From NCBI GenBank assembly GCA_963669175.1, contig OY769902.1, positions 2,880,001 to 2,944,000 on the forward strand: a DNA stretch of 64,000 nt, in the 5' to 3' direction. The notes below the pieces were generated by a model, which worked only from the letters and a program-made list of their open reading frames with translations, had not been told where the DNA came from and did no database searches. This DNA comes from a bacterium. GTDB lineage: Bacteria; Electryoneota; Electryoneia; Electryoneales; Electryoneaceae. How positions within the stretch are numbered: position 1 is the stretch's first letter; every line of letters starts with the position of its first letter. The position numbers were made by a program, and so were the translations under genes. Positions 30,411 through 38,430 of this stretch are shown one piece after another.

Positions 30411-30482
30411 TCTGCACCTTTTATCGTGAATGCAGGTCATTATCGCAGGAAAACAAGTGAGAAGATTCATCGAGACAAATTG

Positions 30483-30797
30483 TTATTTCGGTGGTTCGGG
30501 AAGGCCTTTATCCCGTTCCATCAACTCACGAATCTTTCTTTCTTCCCAGCTTTTTCCCAGCCAGGTATGCAGGCCATGAATCATCAATCCAATTCCCCAG
30601 CCTACCAGCGGGAAGAAATAAAAGTGCGGACCTGGCGAAATGACATAGTCAAAAAGGATAATGGTTGCATTGACCAGGATGTAAACGATCAGGTGAGTGT
30701 AAAAACCTTTCAATTCCTGAACTCGTTCACGTGCTCGTTCATAACGTAGTTGTTCATCCGTCTTTACTTGCGATAGTGTTTCTAAAGCCATCTTCAT
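30483..30797 (-). CDS. 2TM-domain protein
   Basis: YERARERV..LKGFY.H...Y..VN...GWGIGL..H...WEERKI.E.M. Confidence 0.88.
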   Translation of the reverse strand: MKMALETLSQVKTDEQLRYERARERVQELKGFYTHLIVYILVNATIILFDYVISPGPHFYFFPLVGWGIGLMIHGLHTWLGKSWEERKIRELMERDKGLPEPPK

Positions 30798-30799
30798 AC

Positions 30800-31093
30800 C
30801 TATAGTTGGTTTCGTTGTCTTTCTTCTTTTTCCATCAGTTCACATATTTTTCGTTCTTCCCATTCCGGGCCAAAGAAGTTCCATATTCCAAATGTGCTGA
30901 GGCCATGAGCGGCCAGCCCAATTCCCCAGCCGATCAGTGGCCAGATTGCCCAGAAGTAACCACCGGACCAGAGGTTGATTCCGACCAGGAAAGCATTAAC
31001 CAGAACATAGGTAGCTACATGGGCGTAGAACTCCTTGATCTCCTGCACCCGTTTCCGGGCACGTTCGTAACGCATCTCTTGTGATTCCTGCAT
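30800..31093 (-). CDS. 2TM-domain protein (tandem paralogue)
   Basis: Same motif set as the adjacent gene; ATG 31093 after GGAGG. Confidence 0.88.
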   Translation of the reverse strand: MQESQEMRYERARKRVQEIKEFYAHVATYVLVNAFLVGINLWSGGYFWAIWPLIGWGIGLAAHGLSTFGIWNFFGPEWEERKICELMEKEERQRNQL

Positions 31094-31177
31094 GTGACCT
31101 CCTGTTGATGTGAAAAGATACGGACGGATTTCCTCCACGTCAGCTCTCTATCAAATTTTTTCAATTTCCTACTCGTC

Positions 31178-31206
31178 TTGAAAACTGAACAAAAGTACAG
31201 TATTTT
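31178..31206 (+). promoter_or_regulatory. Promoter with putative LexA/SOS box in the spacer
   Basis: TTGAAA-N17-TATTTT. The spacer contains CTGAACAAAAGTACAG (31185-31200). Confidence 0.6.
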
Positions 31207-31211
31207 GTGAT

Positions 31212-32354
31212 ATGCTACAACAGCGGACATATGTGGTGGCACGGATCCCCGGATTTGTCGCGGACGTGGAGCAGAGGCTTCTTCAGTTGCAGGGACAACC
31301 GGTTGCGGTTGTGACTGGCGAGGGAAGCCGTGCCCTGGTCGTGTCGGTATCGCAAGAAGCGTTACAACAGGACGTCACTCCCGGTATGCGGGTGGATCGT
31401 GTTGATGCACGGGAATGTGTTATTGTTCCGCTTTCACGTGAACGATGCGAGGACACCACGAGGGAGGTCTTATCCTGCCTGAGTCTGCCTTTACCGGACC
31501 CGTGGGAGTTGCGATTAGGTGTTTTTATTTCCTGCTGGACCGGGGGAACACGTATGCTGGAAGCGGCACGGCATGAAGCTGCGTCACTGTTGCATCGTAT
31601 GGGATTTGAGGCTGGTTGGGGGATTGGCCCTGAACCGGCTGTTGCGGAGATCGCGGCACGTGCGGCAGGCAGGGGAAAAGCGCTTCGAGTAGAACCGTCT
31701 CAAGTAAGTGGATTCCTGACACCGTTGCCCATTCATGCGCTCCCAGATTTGAAGCAGCAACAGGTGGAAGCGTTGCACGAGATCGGGATTCATACTCTCG
31801 GTCAATTGGCAGCGCTTCCGGATGTGGTTTTACGTGAGATGTTCGGGCCGGAAGGAGTGCATTTACGTCCGTTGGCATTACAGGGAAAACGGCCTGATGT
31901 CGTGCGTGAATGGCGGGGATTCCGCAGGTTGCAGGAGGATAGCGATGATCCGGCTTTGATCCGGGCCACACTGTCTTCATTGCTGGCGGAAGGGATTGAT
32001 ACGCTGACCCTGGCGCATTCCGTCCCGCGTGGAATATTCCTGTTGATCGTCTACAGCGATGGTCGTAAACGAGGGATGCGGCGCGCTCTCCAAGCCGACT
32101 GGCATGAAGGCAGAATACAACGTGTAGCCTGGGAGACGCTGGAACAGCTTTGGACACGTCGGGTGCGACTGTCCGAACTGCGAGTTACCCTGTTTCGTTC
32201 CACACCGCCACCTCAACAGTATTCCCTGTTTCGTTCGAGTGCTCTTGTGGGACGTGATGAAGTCCTGAGAAGCACCATGCAGGGGATGCGGGCGCGTTGG
32301 GGGGAGAAGGCTGTATCCTTCGCTACCGCCTGTACGGTTCCGGCTCAATCATGA
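31212..32354 (+). CDS. imuB: Catalytically inactive Y-family polymerase (ImuB-like)
   Basis: DinB-like N-terminus without catalytic Asp (ARIPGFVADVEQ); GIHTLGQLA HhH; clamp-like motif QYSLF; ATGA overlap with dnaE2. Confidence 0.75.
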   Translation: MLQQRTYVVARIPGFVADVEQRLLQLQGQPVAVVTGEGSRALVVSVSQEALQQDVTPGMRVDRVDARECVIVPLSRERCEDTTREVLSCLSLPLPDPWELRLGVFISCWTGGTRMLEAARHEAASLLHRMGFEAGWGIGPEPAVAEIAARAAGRGKALRVEPSQVSGFLTPLPIHALPDLKQQQVEALHEIGIHTLGQLAALPDVVLREMFGPEGVHLRPLALQGKRPDVVREWRGFRRLQEDSDDPALIRATLSSLLAEGIDTLTLAHSVPRGIFLLIVYSDGRKRGMRRALQADWHEGRIQRVAWETLEQLWTRRVRLSELRVTLFRSTPPPQQYSLFRSSALVGRDEVLRSTMQGMRARWGEKAVSFATACTVPAQS

Positions 32355-35300
32355 GCGGGCGTTGCCGTCAGGAGGACTTTGTTCATCTCCATGTCCGCAC
32401 ACCGTATTCTTTCTATGAAGGGGCGGGACGGATAGAGGAACTGGTCAGCGTGGCATCGGGATTGGAACAGCGGGCAATAGCGTTTACCGACCGGAACCGC
32501 ACCAGTGGGCTGGTCCGTGGCTATAAAGCTGCCCGTGAAGCCGGATTACATCCTGTATTGGGATTACTGCTGGATGACCCCAAAGATGCCAATCGCACCC
32601 TCATGCTTTGGGCGAGATCGCTGAAGGGATATGGAGTATTGGGACGGTTGGCTTCGGCACGTCAACTGGAACGCGGTTTTTCGCTGGACGAGATTGTTAG
32701 AACATTAGATGATTCTGTAATCACTGCGACCTCGGATGTATCTCTTTTGACGTCACTGTACGAAAGCCTGCCCTCCGGATCGGTCTATGGCGAACTGACA
32801 CTTCCGCAACATGAGCAGGACAAGCGACGGCTACGGACGCTGTATGAGTTCAGCCGGAAACGTCGTATTCCGATGGTCGTTACCGGAGCCGTATCCCATG
32901 CCATCCCGGATCAGGCCGGCCTGGCACGTCTGCTTCGGGCCATCGGGGAACGTCAATTCCTGTTGAGGACTGCGGATAATCGTGAAACCGTGGCGCATCG
33001 TCCTCTTGATGATGGCGGCACTCTGCTTCGCGCTTATGAAGCGTTACCGGAAGCGCTGTACAATAGCCGCCTTATTGCGGAACAGTGCGAGGTGGATCTG
33101 CGATTGGGTGAGTTGAAATTCCCCGCGCCAAAACTGCCCAATGGAATTCGCCCGTTTGACGAGCTGAGAAGACGGAGCGAGGAAGGACTGATCAGACGAT
33201 ATGGACCAAATCCGAAACAGGCCGCACGTGAACGCTTGGCTTATGAACTGGGTGTGATCGACCATCTTGGTTTCACCGGGTACATTCTGACCGTACATGA
33301 TATTGCCAAAGAAGCGTGGCGACGGGGGGTACGAACGCTGGGACGAGGATCAGCAGCGAACAGCATGGTATGCTACTGTGTCGGGCTTACAGATATCTGT
33401 CCGCTACGATACAACCTGTATTTCGAGCGTTTTCTGAACCCGGAACGAAAGAGTCCGCCTGATATTGATCTCGATTTCTCCTGGCGGGATCGTGATGAAA
33501 TCCTGAACTACATTTTCGAAGAATACGGCCATGATCACGTGGGATTGATCTGTACGACCGTAACCTTCCGTACACGAGCGGCCATCCGTGAAACCGCCCT
33601 GGCTCGTGGAATTCCTGAAGATGAGATTACTCGTATCACCAGGCGGATTCCCTATTTCACCAATGGCACTCCTATCGATGAACTGAAGGATACCAAGCCG
33701 GAATGCCGAGACCTGCCGTTGGATCGTGAACCCTGGCTGAGCATTGTGAAAGAAGCTCAGAAACTGCGTGGTTTGCCACGTCATTTATCAATCCATGCTG
33801 GTGGAGTTGTGATCACACCCGGCCCGATTACCGACTGGACCGGGCTGGAGATGGCCTCCAAAGGATTCGTGGTTACTCAATACGATATGTACAGCACGGA
33901 GGATCTTGGCCTGGTAAAGATTGACCTGTTGAGCCAGCGAGCGCTCGGGGTATTGAAGGATGCGGTGAACAATATTGAGCGCAATGTAAACGAAACTAAT
34001 CCAGGAACGTCGGAGAAAAGAACAGGCAGAAAACGGCTGCCGCCCATACGTGATGCCATTGATGATATGGAGTTCCTGTTCCATGAGAAAGCGACCTGGG
34101 ACACGATCCGGACCGGGCAAAGTATGGGCTGCTTCTATATCGAATCGCCGGGAATGCGGGTACTGCAACAGAAACTGAATTGCGATAACTATGAGCTTCT
34201 GGTTGCTGCAAGTTCCATTATTCGTCCGGGTGTGAGTGAATCGGGGATGATGCAACAGTATGTCGATTGTGTGCGTGATCCTTCGAAAGCGATCTACCTG
34301 CATCCGAAAATGAAAGAAATTCTTGGCGATACATTCGGGGTGATGATCTACCAGGAGGATGTAATCAAGGTGGCTCATCATCTTGCCGGGATCTCACTGG
34401 GACGGGCGGACACCATGCGGCGAGCCATGAGTGGTAAGGGCACCCGTGAAGATATGCGCAGAATGGAAAACGAGTTTTTGCAAGGATGCCGTAAGAATGG
34501 AGTCGATTCGGATATCGCAAAGGAGATCTGGCGGCAGGTTGAATCCTTTGCCGGATATGCTTTCTGCAAGGCGCACAGCGCGTCGTTCGCGGTGCTTTCG
34601 GTACAGATTGCGTACCTGAGAACGCATTATCCTGCCGAGTTTATCGCGGGAGTTCTGGCGAATGGAGGCGGTTTCTACAGCCAGGCGGCATATGTGGAAG
34701 AAGCGAATCGGATGGAACTGACCGTCAAATTGCCGCATGTAAATAAGAGCGAACTGGAGCATTTCGGGTTTGAACGCATGGTTCAGCTTGGTTTGAAAGG
34801 TATCGGGGTGCTTCGTGACGATACCCCGCAGAGGATCCTTGACAATCGAACTCAAAACGGTCCTTTTACCGGGCTTGATGATTTTGTCCAGCGTGTTCAA
34901 CCGGCGCGGGATGAGATTGAAGCGTTGATCTTCTGCGGCGCTTTGGATGATCTGTGCGGGAATCGGCCTACACTGCTCCGCAGGGTAAAGGCCGGGTATG
35001 CAGCGATGAAACGTGCGCCCGGGCCACTCGCAATCGGCGTCGGAGGTGTGATGGATGCGCTGCCTGACTCGCCGGACTGGTCAGACATTGAGAAGGCGCT
35101 TGCGGAAAGGCGTATACTGGGATTCTCACCCGGCCCGCATCCTCTGGTGTTGCTGGACCTGCCCGAGGAGAATGTGATCCCGGCGCGTGACCTGTTACGG
35201 CATGAGGGGCATCGGATCAGTATGCTGGGGTGGGCGTACGCTTCGAAAAAAATCATCACCCGGCAAAAGAAGGAGACCATGCAATTCCTGTCCATGGAGG

Positions 35301-35506
35301 ATCTGACGGGAACTTTTGAAGTTACCCTGTTTCCACGGGTGTATCGAGAATATGCGACGATGCTGCATGGGCATGGACCGTTTCGAGTTACGGGAAGAGT
35401 AGAAGACGAGCAGGGAGTATGTACCCTGGTTGCAGAACGGGTTGAACTGGTGAGCGCAAAGCAGGCTTCACGTTTCGGGCGCGCTCGTCATGGTGGACGA
35501 CGGTGA
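32351..35506 (+). CDS. dnaE2: Error-prone DNA polymerase III alpha paralogue
   Basis: Degenerate PHP (HLHVRT); GRGSAANS, PDIDLDF, KIDLL and YAFCKAH; no internal clamp motif; follows imuB. A canonical dnaE lies elsewhere in the window. Confidence 0.88.
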   Translation: MSGRCRQEDFVHLHVRTPYSFYEGAGRIEELVSVASGLEQRAIAFTDRNRTSGLVRGYKAAREAGLHPVLGLLLDDPKDANRTLMLWARSLKGYGVLGRLASARQLERGFSLDEIVRTLDDSVITATSDVSLLTSLYESLPSGSVYGELTLPQHEQDKRRLRTLYEFSRKRRIPMVVTGAVSHAIPDQAGLARLLRAIGERQFLLRTADNRETVAHRPLDDGGTLLRAYEALPEALYNSRLIAEQCEVDLRLGELKFPAPKLPNGIRPFDELRRRSEEGLIRRYGPNPKQAARERLAYELGVIDHLGFTGYILTVHDIAKEAWRRGVRTLGRGSAANSMVCYCVGLTDICPLRYNLYFERFLNPERKSPPDIDLDFSWRDRDEILNYIFEEYGHDHVGLICTTVTFRTRAAIRETALARGIPEDEITRITRRIPYFTNGTPIDELKDTKPECRDLPLDREPWLSIVKEAQKLRGLPRHLSIHAGGVVITPGPITDWTGLEMASKGFVVTQYDMYSTEDLGLVKIDLLSQRALGVLKDAVNNIERNVNETNPGTSEKRTGRKRLPPIRDAIDDMEFLFHEKATWDTIRTGQSMGCFYIESPGMRVLQQKLNCDNYELLVAASSIIRPGVSESGMMQQYVDCVRDPSKAIYLHPKMKEILGDTFGVMIYQEDVIKVAHHLAGISLGRADTMRRAMSGKGTREDMRRMENEFLQGCRKNGVDSDIAKEIWRQVESFAGYAFCKAHSASFAVLSVQIAYLRTHYPAEFIAGVLANGGGFYSQAAYVEEANRMELTVKLPHVNKSELEHFGFERMVQLGLKGIGVLRDDTPQRILDNRTQNGPFTGLDDFVQRVQPARDEIEALIFCGALDDLCGNRPTLLRRVKAGYAAMKRAPGPLAIGVGGVMDALPDSPDWSDIEKALAERRILGFSPGPHPLVLLDLPEENVIPARDLLRHEGHRISMLGWAYASKKIITRQKKETMQFLSMEDLTGTFEVTLFPRVYREYATMLHGHGPFRVTGRVEDEQGVCTLVAERVELVSAKQASRFGRARHGGRR

Positions 35507-35636
35507 CGCTAACAGAACGAAAACAAATTGATAAGAGTGAGAAGAGATAGACTTCTGCTTGCGTAAAGGCGAGCTCAGTTCTATATTTCCAGACTACTTT
35601 GGAAACAAGTTTGTCACAAAGCAATAGGGGCGAAAC

Positions 35637-36656
35637 ATGAAACGATCGATGCTGGTGTTGCTCAGCGTAGCGTTTATCCTTGGATTGGCAGGCATGGCGC
35701 TGGCACAAACCCCGGAGATCGAAGCAAAGCTGCAAGAACGCGATGCTCTTCGTGAGAAGATGGCCAACGCGGGTGATGAAACTGAATACAATGCCTTGTT
35801 GGCACAGTGGAATACACTGAACAAGGAAATTGAACAGATGATGTCCGCGATTCAGGCAGATGGAGAGGCCAAATCACGCGCGATCAGCCTGTTTAATGAA
35901 GGTAACGAGGCCATGCGCGCCCGCCGCTATGATGTCGCGGTTCAGAAATACCAGGAATCAGTCAAGCTGAATCCACTGGAAGCACGCTCCTACTACATGC
36001 TTGGTGTTGCCCAGCAACGGATGCGCAACTATGAATCTGCGCTTGAAGCTTATACCCAGGCTACACAACTTGACAACAGCTATGCCAAGGCGCATAACGC
36101 TCGCGGTTTGGTGCTGCGCAGCATGGACCGCTTCGATGATGCCCTGACAGCCTTCCGTTCCACGCTCTCCTCAGAGACGGCAGAGCCGGATGAAAAGGCC
36201 GATGCCTATGCCGGTATGGGTGTTGTCTATTTCGATATGAAGGATTATGAAAAGGCCATTGGCGCTTACGAACAAGCCGTACAGGCCAACCCGGAAGATG
36301 CCGACGCCTATTACAACATGGGCAAAGCCTATGGCGCGCAGTCGAACTGGGAAAGCGCTGTAGAGGCTTATAAGAAATCGACTGAACTGGATGCGAAGGA
36401 TCACAAGTCCTGGACATCCCTGGCCGAAGCCTACAACAAGATCGGCAAGCATTCCGAAGCCGTTTCCGCCGCCAGCGCCGCTACAGGCGTACGCGCCAAC
36501 TATGCCCCGGCATGGTTCGAACTTGGCTGGGCCTACGAACGTATGGGGAACCTGCAGGATGCCCTGAGTGCTTACGAAAAAGCGAAAAATGATCGCCAGT
36601 ATCGTGAACCTGCACAATACCAGATTGACCGGATTAAAGAGGAGATGGGCCGTTAA
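35637..36656 (+). CDS. Secreted TPR-repeat protein
   Basis: Signal peptide (ALA-Q) and about seven TPR repeats. Confidence 0.9.
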   Translation: MKRSMLVLLSVAFILGLAGMALAQTPEIEAKLQERDALREKMANAGDETEYNALLAQWNTLNKEIEQMMSAIQADGEAKSRAISLFNEGNEAMRARRYDVAVQKYQESVKLNPLEARSYYMLGVAQQRMRNYESALEAYTQATQLDNSYAKAHNARGLVLRSMDRFDDALTAFRSTLSSETAEPDEKADAYAGMGVVYFDMKDYEKAIGAYEQAVQANPEDADAYYNMGKAYGAQSNWESAVEAYKKSTELDAKDHKSWTSLAEAYNKIGKHSEAVSAASAATGVRANYAPAWFELGWAYERMGNLQDALSAYEKAKNDRQYREPAQYQIDRIKEEMGR

Positions 36657-36678
36657 CCATCTTCTTCAGATAGATGTG

Positions 36679-36705
36679 AAACGGGCGCTTTCGAGCGCCC
36701 GTTTT
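36679..36705 (+). terminator. Intrinsic terminator
   Basis: AAACGGGCGCT-TTCG-AGCGCCCGTTTT. Confidence 0.85.
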
Positions 36706-36922
36706 GTTGCATGGGAAAATGATGGGACAGCTACCTTTTTCGCAATATAGTATTCTGTAGATCAATAACCATGCAGTATTATCGAAGATGATCAGCCAAG
36801 ATCAGCCTGTTTTAAAGCGAAAAAGCGTAGCAGTCCCCATTTCCTACGGTGAAAAAATTGGACTGTTACCTTTTCTTTTTATATAATGGTTCCCGAAAGC
36901 ATTTGCTGATTCAACAATTATC

Positions 36923-37531
36923 AGCCTGCTTCAGCAGGCTCCTCTTAGCACCCGGCTTCAGTCGGGGTGTAAAAGTGATGGCAATCATTCTGAGCGCGCT
37001 TTAGCGTGCTTGCCTGTTACAAATCCTGGGGCCGGAAAGCACCCTGAAGGGTGCTCACCACTTCTTTATAACCATGAACACCCCGGCTGAAGCCCTGTCT
37101 CTTGCTCACATCTTCGTGTTTCTGCCACCCCAGAGGGGGTGGTAAATTTTAGCGTAGGGTTGACGCTGTCTGTTTAGCGTCTACCCTACGAAAAAGATCA
37201 AACCTTATCTCAACCCTGGAAGGGTTGCATAACGTATAATTTACACCCAATTGGTTTGTATAGAATATAAAATACGTTATTTCCTGTATTTATTGAACGT
37301 ACTAATATGAATCGCGTATTATGCAACCCTTCCAGGGTTGATTATTCGTTAGAATACCTGACATAGTGTACAGGCCAAACAGACGGCCTGTACACTATGC
37401 TAAAATAGGGAATCCCGCCGGGATTCTAAAAATGCTATGTCCACAACTCTTTTACTGATACAGCTTTCAGAAGATGTGGGTAAGAGACAGGGCTGAAGCC
37501 GGGTGTTAAAAAGAGCAGGCTAAAACCTGCT
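36923..37531. repeat. REP family D cluster (AGCCTGCTTCAGCAGGCT / CCCGGCTGAAGCCGGG type), interrupted by a MITE
   Basis: Series of hairpins with TTCA/TGAA loops; one palindrome is split at 37094/37491. Confidence 0.7.
37095..37490. mobile_element. 396-bp non-autonomous element with IS50/Tn5-like ends (IS4 family) carrying REP family E
   Basis: 21-bp TIRs CTGTCTCTTGCTCACATCTTC / CTGTCTCTTACCCACATCTTC. 10-bp direct repeat GGCTGAAGCC on both sides. No transposase. Confidence 0.85.
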
Positions 37532-37790
37532 AAAACTACCAGATAGCAGATTGAAGAAATTACAGTCCAGTAAAGCTTCCATTTGGGAGGAGTTTCACTA
37601 TGACAAGTATGCGAACAACAGAAAACCTACAACCAGTTTGAAACAGCAAGAATATAAATGCAAAACAAGTTAATTAAGGTTGATGAAAAGGTACTGTACC
37701 GGATTTTTCGCCTTCTTGCCTATCTGTGAACACAACAACGTGAAGATTCTGAACAGGGGAAGTTGTTATGGATCGCTTTCCTGAAAAGAT

Positions 37791-37830
37791 AAAAAAAAAA
37801 GTCGCGGACAGGCCGCAGAAACCTGTCCGC
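37791..37830 (-). terminator. Strong intrinsic terminator (minus strand)
   Basis: GCGGACAGG...CCTGTCCGC stem followed by GAC and T10. Confidence 0.85.
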
Positions 37831-38068
37831 AAATGATGGTGCCTAACCGAGGCGGGGCTCAGGGGCACGCAGTCCTGCATCTCAAAAGCCAAACATTGAG
37901 ACGGTAGGGAAAAACGTACCTTGGAGGCCAGCAATTCAACCTGAGGAAGATTGAACACTGGCGATAGCAAGGGAATTCTTTCTCAGCCGCTAAAAGCAAA
38001 GAAGTGTAAAAGAGCTCCTCGGCCTGCCTCCATCTGGTTGTGAACACGGGAGTATATCCCAATTCACA
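37791..38068 (-). ncRNA. Candidate sigma28-dependent structured small RNA (~280 nt)
   Basis: Lies between a sigma28-type promoter and a terminator. Long closing stem plus three internal hairpins. No convincing ORF or RBS. Confidence 0.6.
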
Positions 38069-38074
38069 TACTTA

Positions 38075-38102
38075 TCATCGGCATCTCTACGTGATAGCTT
38101 TA
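38075..38102 (-). promoter_or_regulatory. Sigma28 (FliA/SigD)-type promoter
   Basis: TAAA-N16-GCCGATGA on the minus strand. Confidence 0.65.
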
Positions 38103-38339
38103 GCTTTTTTTGACTTTTATTGAAAGAATTCTGATTTGTATGGTTGAAGAAAGCATGGTGGATTGGGGGTAACCTGTTGTGGTGTCGTTGTTTATGTGTA
38201 TGGCGAGACTCTTGGAGGTATTTCAAAATTAGCGAAAATGTGACTCTGTTGGTAAAGAAAGTTAGAGTTGCTGTGTAGGGATTGTGGCTGTGACGAATAC
38301 TTCACAAACAACGAAATGCCTGCTGGACCATATCGCAGA

Positions 38340-38378
38340 AAGAAAATCGGGTGACCACCAGGTGATCACCCGAAAAAT
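38340..38378 (-). terminator. Terminator of the 2091-aa gene
   Basis: TCGGGTGA...TCACCCGA stem with a minus-strand T-rich tail. Confidence 0.65.
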
Positions 38379-38430
38379 ATGTCGTGTCACATCGCGACTA
38401 CATGCGATGTAAACCGGATTCAACCGTTCG

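Noticed and set aside
37095-37113. Nextera/Tn5 adapter contamination
   Set aside because: Both ends differ from the mosaic end, the IR extends to 21 bp, and a clean 10-bp duplication restores a palindrome.
37835-38034. tmRNA, tRNA, 6S RNA or retron msr-msd
   Set aside because: No tRNA-like T-arm or tag ORF; multibranched rather than rod-like; no reverse transcriptase in the window.
38289-38306. Rex-like TGTGA-N8-TCACA site
   Set aside because: Single imperfect occurrence with no clear regulated promoter.
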